Both the position numbers and the translations under genes were made by a program. A model generated the notes under the pieces. The model was given only the letters and a program-made list of their open reading frames with translations. It made no database searches and had not been told where the DNA came from. Positions 44,693 to 54,517 of a stretch of DNA of 64,000 nt are shown in pieces. Origin of the DNA: a virus (taxonomy: Duplodnaviria > Heunggongvirae > Uroviricota > Caudoviricetes); the IMG/VR virus record IMGVR_UViG_3300032092_002720, positions 1 through 64,000 of that record, one strand, 5' to 3'. Numbering within the stretch: position 1 is the stretch's first letter; every line of letters begins with the position of its first letter.

Positions 44693-45682
44693 ATGAATAA
44701 TCAAGATAAGATTGAACTGAACGAACTGAACAAGGAATCGAATGGTGGAACAGAACTTACCACTCGAAATCTCTTCCACCGACTTTCAAGTGATGAACTC
44801 GATGGTATCCAAATTATCACTGCTCGCGTCCGCGACCTTGATCCTAACCGAATTAAGATCTATCATCTACACGACCTTGCCGGCGATCCGGAGGCTTCAC
44901 ACCTTCAAGATCCAGCTTCTCGAGCTCGCTTCCAAAAGTTGGTCTTCAGCTCTAACTGGCAGTATCAACAGTATCGTGACTATCTTGGAGTTCCATATAG
45001 CAATCATTCAACAGTTATCGAAACAGGCATCGAGCCTATTCCACTCGTTGACAAACCAAAGGATAAGATACGTCTCATTTATACGTCCACGCCTCATCGT
45101 GGATTGGAGATTCTGGTTCCTGTTTTTATCGCTCTTGCCGATAAATATCCAAACATCGAGCTAGACGTCTTCTCTTCATTCGGCATCTATGGTCCAGGTT
45201 GGGAAGGTCGTGATCAGGCATACGAACCGCTGTTCGAAGCATGTCGTAATCATCCACAAATTAACTATCATGGCTGGGCAGATCAGGAGACAGTACGTGC
45301 CGCATATCAAAAAGCTCACATCTTTGCATATCCTTGTATCTGGCCGGAAACTTCGTGCAGGTCACTTATTGAAGCTATGTCGGCTGGTTGTCTGGCGGTT
45401 CATCCTAACTTCTCTGCTTTGGCTGACACGTCGGGCGGGTTGACTGTCCAGTATGACGGCGATCACGAGAATCCAAATCTGCATGCTAATATCTTTGCAC
45501 ACACTCTGATGTATGCTATCGAGAACATGCAACAAAATGACATGACTAACATGTTGTCATTTGTCAAAGCCTACGCAGATACTCGTTTCGGTTGGGATTC
45601 TGTAATTCCCAAGTGGAAGGGGCTCATTGCTTCGTTAAAGGAACAAAACCGTGATATTGGCCAAAGCACCACTCAGAGTTAG
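44693..45682 (+). CDS. Glycosyltransferase (GT-B, GT4-like)
   Basis: C-terminal ETSCRSLIEAMSAGCLAV (Ex7E-type donor-binding motif). Confidence 0.6.
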   Translation: MNNQDKIELNELNKESNGGTELTTRNLFHRLSSDELDGIQIITARVRDLDPNRIKIYHLHDLAGDPEASHLQDPASRARFQKLVFSSNWQYQQYRDYLGVPYSNHSTVIETGIEPIPLVDKPKDKIRLIYTSTPHRGLEILVPVFIALADKYPNIELDVFSSFGIYGPGWEGRDQAYEPLFEACRNHPQINYHGWADQETVRAAYQKAHIFAYPCIWPETSCRSLIEAMSAGCLAVHPNFSALADTSGGLTVQYDGDHENPNLHANIFAHTLMYAIENMQQNDMTNMLSFVKAYADTRFGWDSVIPKWKGLIASLKEQNRDIGQSTTQS

Positions 45683-46592
45683 TTTTTTCGGCGGGGGTAG
45701 TGATATCCCCGCCCACTTTGAAAAATGGGGTGGAGCAACCATCTCAACTGCCATTGACAAGTATGTCTATGTAGCAGTCATGCACACACCACACGACCAC
45801 ATCAAAGTTTCTTATTCGAAACAAGAGCTCGTTACAGACGTAGACGATATCCAGAATGAAATCGTTCGTAATGCACTCAAGTTCTTCGGTATCAAATCCA
45901 ACATCGAGATCACATCATTCGCAGACATTCCCACGATCGGTAACGGTCTTGGTGGATCGTCTGCTTTTACTTGTGCTCTGATTAAAGCTTTGTCAGCATA
46001 TCTTGGTTATGAATACGTAAATCCTTATCTTATTGCGAAGACTGCTTGCAATATCGAAATTGACATGTGCGGTTGGAAGATCGGCATGCAAGATCAGTTT
46101 GCGTCTACATTCGGCGGTATGAACTACATCGAGTATTCGAATAGTGGTCGTGTGAATGTAAAACGTTTGGATACAATGGCAATCGAGAACTATATGATCT
46201 TGATTCCTACAAACATAGAGCATCATGCAGCTAAGATCCTTGACAATATCAACTTTGAATCGAAAGAATTTACAATTCGTGAGCTTGCACGTATAGCAGA
46301 GATGCAAAGTACCCAACTTGTAAATCCATTTGAGTACGGTCGATTGCTCGATTCTGCATGGATTCTCAAGAAGCAGATGAGTGCTGAGATCTCCAGTAGT
46401 GATATAGATATTATGTACGACAAGTGCAAATCTGCTGGTGCCTATGGGGCTAAATTGCTTGGAGCCGGAGGCGGAGGATACATGCTAGCAATCACAGATT
46501 CGAAAGAAATGATTCGCCGAGAATTTTCAGACAGAACATGCCTCGATGTAGGTATCGCACATGAAGGAGCAAGAGTTGTCTATCGAGACTGA
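45651..46592 (+). CDS. GHMP sugar kinase (D-glycero-D-manno-heptose 7-phosphate kinase HddA-like)
   Basis: N-terminal PLRVSFFGGGSD; GHMP motif PTIGNGLGGSSAF; C-terminal GAKLLGAGGGGYML. Confidence 0.65.
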   Translation: MILAKAPLRVSFFGGGSDIPAHFEKWGGATISTAIDKYVYVAVMHTPHDHIKVSYSKQELVTDVDDIQNEIVRNALKFFGIKSNIEITSFADIPTIGNGLGGSSAFTCALIKALSAYLGYEYVNPYLIAKTACNIEIDMCGWKIGMQDQFASTFGGMNYIEYSNSGRVNVKRLDTMAIENYMILIPTNIEHHAAKILDNINFESKEFTIRELARIAEMQSTQLVNPFEYGRLLDSAWILKKQMSAEISSSDIDIMYDKCKSAGAYGAKLLGAGGGGYMLAITDSKEMIRREFSDRTCLDVGIAHEGARVVYRD

Positions 46593-47157
46593 CATTATAT
46601 TTGATCATATGGGCCTAATTAATATTGGGTTTGCAAGTATCGATCATGAAGAATTTAAAAAAGCAGCCGAACTAATTTGGCTGACAAGCATTTCAAATCA
46701 TCGTAACAACATCTATACTATCGGTAACGGTGCATCTGCATCCATCGCTCAGCATTGGGCGTGCGACTATACCAAAGGTTGTAAGAAAGGTGGATTACGC
46801 CCAAGAGTTATTTCTTTGGCGGCAAATATTCCACTGATGACAGCCGTGGCGAATGACATCTCCTATGACGACGTTTACTCGTTCCAGCTCGATGCACTCG
46901 GACAAGAAGGCGACGTACTCGTGGCCATCTCTTCGAGTGGTAATTCTCCAAACGTTGTCAAGGCAATTGAGACTGCTAAGTCATTGAAAATGAAGACTAT
47001 TGCCTTGACAGGTTTTTCACCAGATAATAAGTGCGCTCAACTCGCAGATATCTCTCTACATGTCGATATCCAAGAATACGAGGCAGCAGAAGACGTTCAT
47101 CAAGCTATTATGCATATGATTGCTAAATATATCAGAAACAGAGGTAAGGTTACATAA
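46561..47157 (+). CDS. gmhA: Sedoheptulose-7-phosphate isomerase GmhA (SIS domain)
   Basis: GNGASASIAQHW, EGDVLVAISSSGNSPNVVKAI and HQAIMHMI are collinear with E. coli GmhA. Confidence 0.8.
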   Translation: MKEQELSIETDIIFDHMGLINIGFASIDHEEFKKAAELIWLTSISNHRNNIYTIGNGASASIAQHWACDYTKGCKKGGLRPRVISLAANIPLMTAVANDISYDDVYSFQLDALGQEGDVLVAISSSGNSPNVVKAIETAKSLKMKTIALTGFSPDNKCAQLADISLHVDIQEYEAAEDVHQAIMHMIAKYIRNRGKVT

Positions 47158-47912
47158 TGTCAAATCAACCAGTATCAATTCATCAGATCGCAGCCCAGTT
47201 CGGCACAGATAGTGGTAACTATGAAGTACTCACTGACGCTGCCATTCGATCGAAGGGTGTAGAAGGTGCAGCAGTCGAGATTGGTGTCCGTCTTGGTGGT
47301 GGTCTACAAAAGATCATCGACGGTCTCGTAGGAAGTGGTCAAACTCCTGAGAAGCCAGTCTTTGGTATCGATCCTTATGGCAACATCGAGTACTATCGCG
47401 ATGAGATCTTCAAGGAAGGTCGTTGCGACTATACGAATGAGATGCGCGACATTTGCATGATCAACTTGTATCTGTACTGCCGTCAGAAGAACGTCAACTT
47501 CTACATGTTTAATCTCGAAGATACAGAATTCTTCAATCGTTATGCAGACGGTGTTCCTGTCTATGCAGACTATAAGCAGCTTGTCAATAAGTACAGCGTA
47601 GTCCACTTCGACGGTCCTCATACACTCGAAGCTCTCGATGCTGAGATTGCATTCTTCCTCGAGCGGTCAGATCCTGGCGCTGTCTTCGTCTTCGACGACG
47701 TAGAGATGTACGAGCATGATGCTGTGCACAATCAGTTGCTAGAGTATGGAATGGAAATTGCCATAAGAACTCCTCGTAAGTGGTCATACGTCAAGAAGGA
47801 ACATGTCGACAAGAAGTGGGAACCAGTCGTTGGGACTCCTGGTTGGGAACCAAATGCAGATCAATACACGCCAAAGGGTGGTCCAAGTTTTAATTATAAA
47901 ATCGACCTGTGA
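47157..47912 (+). CDS. Class I SAM-dependent methyltransferase-like (CmcI/Methyltransf_24-like), putative sugar O-methyltransferase
   Basis: AVEIGVRLGGG (motif I-like), VHFDGPH, VFVFDDV. TAATG overlap with gmhA. Confidence 0.4.
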   Translation: MSNQPVSIHQIAAQFGTDSGNYEVLTDAAIRSKGVEGAAVEIGVRLGGGLQKIIDGLVGSGQTPEKPVFGIDPYGNIEYYRDEIFKEGRCDYTNEMRDICMINLYLYCRQKNVNFYMFNLEDTEFFNRYADGVPVYADYKQLVNKYSVVHFDGPHTLEALDAEIAFFLERSDPGAVFVFDDVEMYEHDAVHNQLLEYGMEIAIRTPRKWSYVKKEHVDKKWEPVVGTPGWEPNADQYTPKGGPSFNYKIDL

Positions 47913-47951
47913 AAATAAGCATGTACAAATTATCAAAACTGTAGTAGATTG
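47912..47951 (+). promoter_or_regulatory. Phage promoter motif copy
   Basis: AAATAAGCATGTACA (47920-27), N17, TAGATT. Confidence 0.5.
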
Positions 47952-47983
47952 AATAATACAAACAAGGAACTACAGAGGTAAAC

Positions 47984-49072
47984 ATGGTCATTAAGGTTAA
48001 AGCTAAACCCAAACAGATCTCTCGCTCGGCTATCAAGTCTATCGATGACAAAGCTTATGGCTCAGAGCCTATCGTAATCGATGGCTATAGCAATGCCTTG
48101 AATTGGTATAACTACATGGCATCTGATGATCAGTCACGCGACTGGTTCTTCACGTATGCCAAGAAGAATTATACCAAGGACCAGCTCGCTCTCCTACGCA
48201 AGCTTCCAAAGTGGAAGATTTCCAAGACTCTTGGTAACGTTGCACGCATTCTCCTGAATGGCAATGAGCTGCCGCAAAAGAATCTCGACTACTTCAATGA
48301 TAGTGTAAAGAATCTCCTTGCGGCAGCTACACAAGTTGTCGAAGAAGTCGAAGACGCTCCAAAGCCTGTCATCGACATTCAAGCTCGCATTCGTGAGAAG
48401 GCCAACTACATCATTACGAGTCTCGAAGAAGAACTCGACAATGTCATCGATGGCAAAGCGTTCTCGATGTACACTTTCTGTCAAGCCAACGAGCTGAACG
48501 CACAGATCCTCGGCATCGTAGCTGACTACTACCGTCCTCAGTACACCGAGATTATGTCAGACGACGAGCAAGTCAAAGAAGCCTTTGGTAAGCGTCAGAA
48601 GTTTTGGATTAATTTTTGGCAGAGTTTCTTTGATGACATCGACCGTTATGTAAATAACAAGAAGGCTGTCAAGGTTCGTAGGCCACGTGAGAAGAAAGCA
48701 AAGTCTGCAGTCGATCTGGTCAAGAACCTTAAATACCAGAAGGAAGAGCCTTCACTCAAGATTGTCTCTGTCCATCCAGCAGAGGTCGTAGGATGTGCAC
48801 AGCTATGGGCTTACAACACCAAATACAAGAAGCTGGCTCGATACGATTCGAGTGGTCCAGCTGGAATCCAAGTCAAAGGCACTACCTTGATTGGTTATGA
48901 TGTCGAAACCTCTACAAGCAAAAGCTTGCGTAAACCAGATGTTTCTATTCAAGCGTTGCTTGGTGCTGGTAAAGTCAGCCTACGCAAGTTTATGGACGAG
49001 ATTAAGACCGTAGAGTCCAAGCCAAATGGCCGAATCAATCAAGACACTATCCTCTTAAGGGTTATTAAATGA
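47984..49072 (+). CDS. hypothetical 362-aa protein
   Basis: Promoter motif and a GGAACTACAGAGGTAAACATG SD upstream. Confidence 0.4.
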   Translation: MVIKVKAKPKQISRSAIKSIDDKAYGSEPIVIDGYSNALNWYNYMASDDQSRDWFFTYAKKNYTKDQLALLRKLPKWKISKTLGNVARILLNGNELPQKNLDYFNDSVKNLLAAATQVVEEVEDAPKPVIDIQARIREKANYIITSLEEELDNVIDGKAFSMYTFCQANELNAQILGIVADYYRPQYTEIMSDDEQVKEAFGKRQKFWINFWQSFFDDIDRYVNNKKAVKVRRPREKKAKSAVDLVKNLKYQKEEPSLKIVSVHPAEVVGCAQLWAYNTKYKKLARYDSSGPAGIQVKGTTLIGYDVETSTSKSLRKPDVSIQALLGAGKVSLRKFMDEIKTVESKPNGRINQDTILLRVIK

Positions 49073-49419
49073 CAGATAACGTAATCTTGTTTCCAGGTTT
49101 CAAGCGTGACGATGCTCCGCCTCAGAACTTGGACGAAATTCTTGACAAAGTTACACAAACTCGGAAAGAGCATGTAGCTGGTGTCATGAATGATATGATT
49201 CCTGATTTGATTCATATCTTCGGTGCCTACGGTGTAGACATCAATGACGATAAATATGTAAAAGATGTTGCTATGGTAATGGAAGCCACAAAGTCTTTAC
49301 TGCACAAGCAGTATAACCTTGAGCATCCGTTCCATAAAATGGTCGACGGCATATTTGAGTTTAGTTACAATGAAGATAGTACAATCGCGTACACATACAC
49401 TTTACCAGATGAAGAGTGA
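49069..49419 (+). CDS. hypothetical protein
   Basis: ATGA-coupled. Confidence 0.35.
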   Translation: MTDNVILFPGFKRDDAPPQNLDEILDKVTQTRKEHVAGVMNDMIPDLIHIFGAYGVDINDDKYVKDVAMVMEATKSLLHKQYNLEHPFHKMVDGIFEFSYNEDSTIAYTYTLPDEE

Positions 49420-49437
49420 GAAACTGAAATGATTATT

Positions 49438-50283
49438 ATGGACCTTTCACAGGTCATGATCTCCAACCTGATGGTTCAGCTTGGAAACCACACCAACGCC
49501 GAGATCGAAGAAGATCTTCTACGGCATATGATTCTCAATTCGATTCGTTCATATAACCAAAAGTTTAAGAACGAGTTCGGTGAGATGATCATCGCATGCG
49601 ATGCTGGCAACAACTGGCGTCGTCAAGTCTTTCCTTACTATAAAGCTAATCGTCGTAAGAATCGCGAGAAGTCAGAGATCAATTGGACTACGGTGTTCGA
49701 GACTCTGAACAAGGTTCGCGACGAGCTAAAGGATTATTTCCCATATCGAGTTATCCGCGTTGACGGTGCAGAGGCTGATGATGTCATCGGTTCTCTCGCT
49801 CAGACGTACGGTAATACGAACGAACCAATTCTGATTCTCTCAGGAGATAAGGACTTCGTTCAGTTGCAGTGTTATATGAACGTAAAGCAGTTTGATCCTG
49901 TGCAGAAGAAGTGGCGCAAGACAAATGATGTCGATAAGTTCATCAAGGAACACATCATTCGCGGCGATACAGGCGACGGTGTTCCTAACTTCTTGTCAGC
50001 AGATGACACGTTCGTTGTCGGTGCAAGACAGAAGCCTATCAGCCAGAAGAAGCTAGATCAGTGGCTCGAAGCAGCAGATCCAAAGGAATTCTGTGACGAG
50101 AAGATGCTGCGTGGCTACCTTCGTAATCAACAGTTGGTCGATCTTAACTTCATTCCTCCTGATATCAAGAAGGAAGTGCTTGTGCAGTTCGAAGAGCAGG
50201 CAGGAAAAGGCCGTGATAAGCTCTTTAACTACTTCATCGATCGTCGACTTAAACTCCTTGTAGAAAGCATTAATGAGTTTTAA
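49438..50283 (+). CDS. rnh: RNase H / 5'-3' flap exonuclease (T4 rnh-like)
   Basis: ACDAGNNWRRQVFPYYKANR, VDGAEADDVIGS, ILSGDKDFVQL. The C-terminus LKLLVESINEF is nearly identical to the T4 RNase H tail. Confidence 0.8.
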   Translation: MDLSQVMISNLMVQLGNHTNAEIEEDLLRHMILNSIRSYNQKFKNEFGEMIIACDAGNNWRRQVFPYYKANRRKNREKSEINWTTVFETLNKVRDELKDYFPYRVIRVDGAEADDVIGSLAQTYGNTNEPILILSGDKDFVQLQCYMNVKQFDPVQKKWRKTNDVDKFIKEHIIRGDTGDGVPNFLSADDTFVVGARQKPISQKKLDQWLEAADPKEFCDEKMLRGYLRNQQLVDLNFIPPDIKKEVLVQFEEQAGKGRDKLFNYFIDRRLKLLVESINEF

Positions 50284-50713
50284 TATGCAAAGAACATTAG
50301 CGATAGCAGAAATCCTTGATCTTGTCAAGGAAGCCAAGGACGTACCGACAAAGGTTTCTCTCCTTCGTCAGTATGACAGTGAAACCCTTCGTTATATCCT
50401 TGAACTGGCTTTCCATCCAAATGTAGGATGGTGGTTGCCAGAAGGAGCTCCTCCTTATACGCCAAGCTCGCTGCTTGACACAGAAGGAAGGCTCTACAAA
50501 GAGGCACGTACTCTGCCTCTTTATCTCTACGGTAATCGTCCTGATCTCAAGAAGCATCAGCGCGAAAACCTTTTTATCGGTCTTCTCGAATCTCTTCATC
50601 CGAAAGATGCCGCTCTTTTGATCGCCGTCAAGGATAAGAAAGTCGAAGGACTTAACGTCGCAACAATTAACGAAGCTTTTCCAGGGTTAATTCCAAATGA
50701 GCAACACAGTTAA
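50273..50713 (+). CDS. hypothetical protein
   Basis: Overlaps the rnh stop. Confidence 0.35.
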   Translation: MSFNMQRTLAIAEILDLVKEAKDVPTKVSLLRQYDSETLRYILELAFHPNVGWWLPEGAPPYTPSSLLDTEGRLYKEARTLPLYLYGNRPDLKKHQRENLFIGLLESLHPKDAALLIAVKDKKVEGLNVATINEAFPGLIPNEQHS

Positions 50714-50863
50714 GCGTTTTAGAAAATACAATGAAGAATATGACGACTCGAAAAATACATCACATGATCATCGTCAGCATTTAAGTGAGAAGCGGCTTCG
50801 AGCTGCCCTCCGTTCTAAGACAAAAAGTACATTGTTAGATTTGATAGAAGATGAAGATTATTA

Positions 50864-51163
50864 ATGCCTATATACGAATTTAGATTGAAAGAAACCGGCG
50901 AAGTCTTCGAGGAATTCTTTAACTACCAACAGAAAAAAGATTTCCTCGAAGATAATCCCGATATCGAAGAGATTATAGGTGCACCTCATGTAATATCAGG
51001 AATATCAGGCGTTACTCATAAGACAGATTCTGGCTTTAATGATCTGTTGAATAGAATTGGTAATGCTAACCCACACTCTCCACTCGGTCAACAACACGGC
51101 GATAAAGATATCAAGAGTTCGAAGATCAGAGAGGCAGTGAATAAGGCTCGTAATAAAAAATAA
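50864..51163 (+). CDS. hypothetical protein
   Basis: Isolated ORF. Confidence 0.3.
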   Translation: MPIYEFRLKETGEVFEEFFNYQQKKDFLEDNPDIEEIIGAPHVISGISGVTHKTDSGFNDLLNRIGNANPHSPLGQQHGDKDIKSSKIREAVNKARNKK

Positions 51164-51172
51164 GGACAACTT

Positions 51173-51925
51173 GTGCAACATAGCCAACCTCGTTTAACTA
51201 AGAGAGAAAAAAGAATCGCCAGACAAAATGGTGACACACAAGAAGGGTTGACATTTAAGAGTCAAAATTTTAATTTAAAAAAAATAAATCCACTCACAGA
51301 AAACCAGCGCATTGCGTTTGATTCTTTTGATGATGGAAAACATCTGATGTTGCACGGCATGGCTGGTACAGGTAAAACGTTTATTGCTCTGTATAAGGCC
51401 ATCGAATCGTTGATGGAAAATACCGGTGTACAAAATAAGATTTATATTGTAAGATCGGTAGTACCAACACGAGATATGGGTTTTCTTCCAGGAAACCAGA
51501 AGGAAAAGATGAAGGTCTATGAGGCACCTTATTATGCCATCTGCACCGAACTATTTGATCGGTCTGATGCATACGAGATCCTCAAGCAGAAGAACGCAGT
51601 CGAGTTTATCTCAACATCGTTCGTTCGTGGTATTACCATGAACAATTGTTTTGTTATCGTGGACGAAGTCAATAATATGACGTTCCACGAACTGGACTCG
51701 GTGATCACTCGTATTGGTAAGGGTTGTAGAGTATTGTTCTGCGGTGACTTCCGTCAGTCAGATCTTACGAAGGACCAAGAACGCAGCGGACTGAAAGACT
51801 TCATGCGAGTCATCGGTAAGTTGAATGATTTTGTACATGTTGACTTTCTCGAACAGGATATCGTTCGATCAAAATTAGTGAAGGAATATATAATTGCTCG
51901 TCAAAAACTCGGACTTCAACCGTAA
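51173..51925 (+). CDS. phoH: PhoH-family ATPase
   Basis: Walker A GMAGTGKTFIAL, Walker B FVIVDE, FCGDFRQSD. GTG start. Confidence 0.75.
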   Translation: MQHSQPRLTKREKRIARQNGDTQEGLTFKSQNFNLKKINPLTENQRIAFDSFDDGKHLMLHGMAGTGKTFIALYKAIESLMENTGVQNKIYIVRSVVPTRDMGFLPGNQKEKMKVYEAPYYAICTELFDRSDAYEILKQKNAVEFISTSFVRGITMNNCFVIVDEVNNMTFHELDSVITRIGKGCRVLFCGDFRQSDLTKDQERSGLKDFMRVIGKLNDFVHVDFLEQDIVRSKLVKEYIIARQKLGLQP

Positions 51926-52583
51926 AGGTTTCGAATACGATTTGCTAGACTTTGCGGAGCTGCAAAGGATAGATGGTCCAACACGTCTCTATGAGACGCC
52001 AGAAGGGAAGAGATATCCGTCTGTCACCGCCGTCCTCGGTAAGATGACTGATAAATCTGCCCTTGAAGCTTGGAAGAAAAGAGTAGGCGAGGACGAAGCA
52101 GCTCGAGTTTCATCTCGGGCTGCCACTCGTGGAACTAACATCCATACCATGTGTGAGAACTATGTGTTAGGTCATGACATCGATACGTCGATGCCTCATA
52201 ACATGATGATGTTCCGTCAGATCAAGATGATCCTTGACGACAAGGTCGACATGATCCGAGCCACAGAATGCACTCTGTTCTCTGATCATCTGAAGCTAGC
52301 AGGTTCATGCGACCTGATAGCAGACTACGACGGCCGTCTGTCGATCATCGACTATAAGACTTCGTCTAAACTCAAGCGTAAGGAATGGATCGAAGGTTAC
52401 TTCATGCAAGCCAGTCTCTATGCATACATGCTATGGGAAATGACAGGCATCTTAGTGAAGGACATCGTTATCATCATTGGTGTCGATGATTCTCTCGAGG
52501 CACAAGTGTTTAGGGAACGACCTCAAAACTACCTTGAGAAAGCGGTCGATCTGGTTCGATCTTACCATCAAATGTACGGATAA
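51894..52583 (+). CDS. PD-(D/E)XK nuclease-fold protein (Cas4/RecB-like)
   Basis: GSCDLIADYDGRLSIIDYKTS (D...D/E-x-K), with a downstream QASLYAYM. Confidence 0.45.
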   Translation: MLVKNSDFNRKGFEYDLLDFAELQRIDGPTRLYETPEGKRYPSVTAVLGKMTDKSALEAWKKRVGEDEAARVSSRAATRGTNIHTMCENYVLGHDIDTSMPHNMMMFRQIKMILDDKVDMIRATECTLFSDHLKLAGSCDLIADYDGRLSIIDYKTSSKLKRKEWIEGYFMQASLYAYMLWEMTGILVKDIVIIIGVDDSLEAQVFRERPQNYLEKAVDLVRSYHQMYG

Positions 52584-52586
52584 GAA

Positions 52587-52612
52587 AATGCGGCTTCGGT
52601 CGCATTTTTTTT
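52587..52612 (+). terminator. Intrinsic terminator
   Basis: ATGCG-GCTTCGGT-CGCAT followed by TTTTTTTT. Confidence 0.65.
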
Positions 52613-52663
52613 GACAATAAACATGTACAATATTTCGAAAACAATGTAAGGTGGAACTATAAT
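52613..52663 (+). promoter_or_regulatory. Phage promoter motif copy
   Basis: AATAAACATGTACA (52622-29), N17, TAAGGT, TATAAT at 52658-63. Confidence 0.55.
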
Positions 52664-52681
52664 CAAGAAGGAAAAAATATT

Positions 52682-52888
52682 ATGACTCGCTTATTTGAAT
52701 ACATCCTCGCTCAAGATGATCCATTTGATTTCATCTATGAAGCCCTCGGTGGAACGCATGGTGTTGAAACCATGAAGACTTGCACTGAGATGTATGGTGA
52801 TATCTCTGCAGACTACATGCTGCATCCAGATGATGACTTCGAACGCATCATTGAGATCATGGTCGAACAGATGGAGGATGATGTATGA
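52682..52888 (+). CDS. hypothetical acidic protein
   Basis: Promoter cassette upstream; AAGAAGGAAAAAATATTATG. Confidence 0.3.
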   Translation: MTRLFEYILAQDDPFDFIYEALGGTHGVETMKTCTEMYGDISADYMLHPDDDFERIIEIMVEQMEDDV

Positions 52889-53061
52889 GTAGTTCTATTC
52901 TTGCCTTTTCCTACTTTGGCAGAGAGACTGTTGAGAGAGCAGTCGCTGCATATTTTGCCAAGCACGGCGTTACAGAAGATGTCCGTGACTATCTGATGGT
53001 TCTCGAAGACGAAAAGCCAGACGATTTTTTTCAGCTAGTTTGTGATTTTATCGAAAAATAA
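52885..53061 (+). CDS. micro-protein (58 aa)
   Basis: ATGA-coupled; not in the table. Confidence 0.25.
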   Translation: MSSSILAFSYFGRETVERAVAAYFAKHGVTEDVRDYLMVLEDEKPDDFFQLVCDFIEK

Positions 53062-53104
53062 GCATGTACATTTTATCAAAACTTTGGTAAGGTGGACCTA
53101 TAAT
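53054..53104 (+). promoter_or_regulatory. Phage promoter motif copy
   Basis: AAATAAGCATGTACA (53063-70), N17, TAAGGT, TATAAT at 53099-104. Confidence 0.55.
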
Positions 53105-53120
53105 GATGAAGGAAGAAAAA

Positions 53121-53267
53121 ATGTTGAAGTACGTAGCAGTTTTCGCCGGTCTGATGATTATGTGTGTTCCTGAAGATGCAAGCTTTCTTCAGTTCGCCGT
53201 ACAAGGCCTCATCGGTCTCTCCATCTTTATCGCTGGTACAGTCGCACTGATTGATTCGGCTGAATAA
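53121..53267 (+). CDS. small membrane protein (48 aa)
   Basis: Directly downstream of the promoter cassette; two hydrophobic helices. Confidence 0.3.
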   Translation: MLKYVAVFAGLMIMCVPEDASFLQFAVQGLIGLSIFIAGTVALIDSAE

Positions 53268-53270
53268 TTT

Positions 53271-53311
53271 TAAAATAAACATGTACAAATAAGCCATTCT
53301 TTGGTAGAATG
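53271..53311 (+). promoter_or_regulatory. Phage promoter motif copy
   Basis: AAATAAACATGTACA (53280-87), N17, TAGAAT at 53305-10. Confidence 0.55.
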
Positions 53312-53342
53312 GTATTACCAAATTGAAAAAGGAAACTATATT

Positions 53343-54290
53343 ATGGCACATATGATTGAATTTCTCGACGGCAAGGCTTCGATGGCTTATGCAGGAGAAA
53401 CACCTTGGCATCACCTCGGCACGAAGGTCTCGAACGACCTCACTCCGAATCAGATGCTGAAGGCAGCAAACCTCGACTGGAAGGTCAATCCAGTTCCTGC
53501 TTTCGCCGATATTGGTGGCAAGCAAGTCGACATCGGTCACTCCGCTCTGGTTCGTGACGTCGACAACAAGATCCTCGACGTGATCACTAACGATTGGGTT
53601 CCTAATCAGAACGAATCAGCCTTCGAATTCTTCAATGATTTCGTTGCAGCCGGTGAGATGGAAATGCACACCGCTGGTTCGCTTCGCGATGGTCAGCTTG
53701 TTTGGGCCTTGGCAAAGGTGAAGGATTCCTTCGAATTGTTCAAAGGCGATCAGGTCGATTCCTACCTGCTCTTCACCAATCCGCATAAGTATGGTTGGTC
53801 GATCGATGTCCGCTTCACGCCAGTTCGCGTTGTTTGCAACAACACTCTGACTCTCTCGCTCAACAGCCAGTCGAGCAAGATCGTCAAGGTTAGCCATCGC
53901 CGCGAGTTTGACGGTGACGTTGTCAAGGAAACGCTCGGCGTAGCCAAGGAAAAGCTTGCGAAGTACAAGGAAATGGCTGCTTATCTTGGTTCGAAGCGCT
54001 ACACTGACGAGAACATCGTCGAGTATTTCCAGCGTGTATTCCCTGTTACTGGTTCGAAGAAGGATCTCAGCAAGAATGCTGGTATCGCTCTCGAAATCAT
54101 GGACCAACAACCTGGTGCCGAGTTTGGCGAAGGTAGCTGGTGGCAGGCTTTCAACGCGGTTACCTTCATGACTGACCACATGATTGGTCGTAATGCAGAT
54201 AATCGTATGACTTCTGCTTGGTACGGTTCGAACAAGAACCTCAAGACGAAGGCATTGGAAACTGCCATCGAATTTGCAGACGCAGCATGA
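53343..54290 (+). CDS. hypothetical 315-aa protein (DUF932-like?)
   Basis: The N-terminal region loosely resembles the phage/plasmid DUF932 family. The ATG at 53343 follows an AAAAAGGAAACT SD. Confidence 0.3.
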   Translation: MAHMIEFLDGKASMAYAGETPWHHLGTKVSNDLTPNQMLKAANLDWKVNPVPAFADIGGKQVDIGHSALVRDVDNKILDVITNDWVPNQNESAFEFFNDFVAAGEMEMHTAGSLRDGQLVWALAKVKDSFELFKGDQVDSYLLFTNPHKYGWSIDVRFTPVRVVCNNTLTLSLNSQSSKIVKVSHRREFDGDVVKETLGVAKEKLAKYKEMAAYLGSKRYTDENIVEYFQRVFPVTGSKKDLSKNAGIALEIMDQQPGAEFGEGSWWQAFNAVTFMTDHMIGRNADNRMTSAWYGSNKNLKTKALETAIEFADAA

Positions 54291-54517
54291 TTGTAACTTA
54301 CCTGCCATGGCTAATGTCATGCCTTACCATTTGGATGACATTGCTGGCGGGTAACAATCATCCTCGGGCGTGGGCAGTCGGTCTTGCGAATCAGGTCCTA
54401 TGGGTGACATGGATTATTGCCAGTCAAACATGGGGCCTGATTCCAATGAGCATTGCTCTTGCGATTGTATATGCTCGAAATCATTTTAAATGGAATGCGG
54501 AGGATAGGAATGTTTGA
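54287..54517 (+). CDS. small membrane protein
   Basis: ATGA-coupled; two TM helices. Confidence 0.3.
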   Translation: MIVTYLPWLMSCLTIWMTLLAGNNHPRAWAVGLANQVLWVTWIIASQTWGLIPMSIALAIVYARNHFKWNAEDRNV

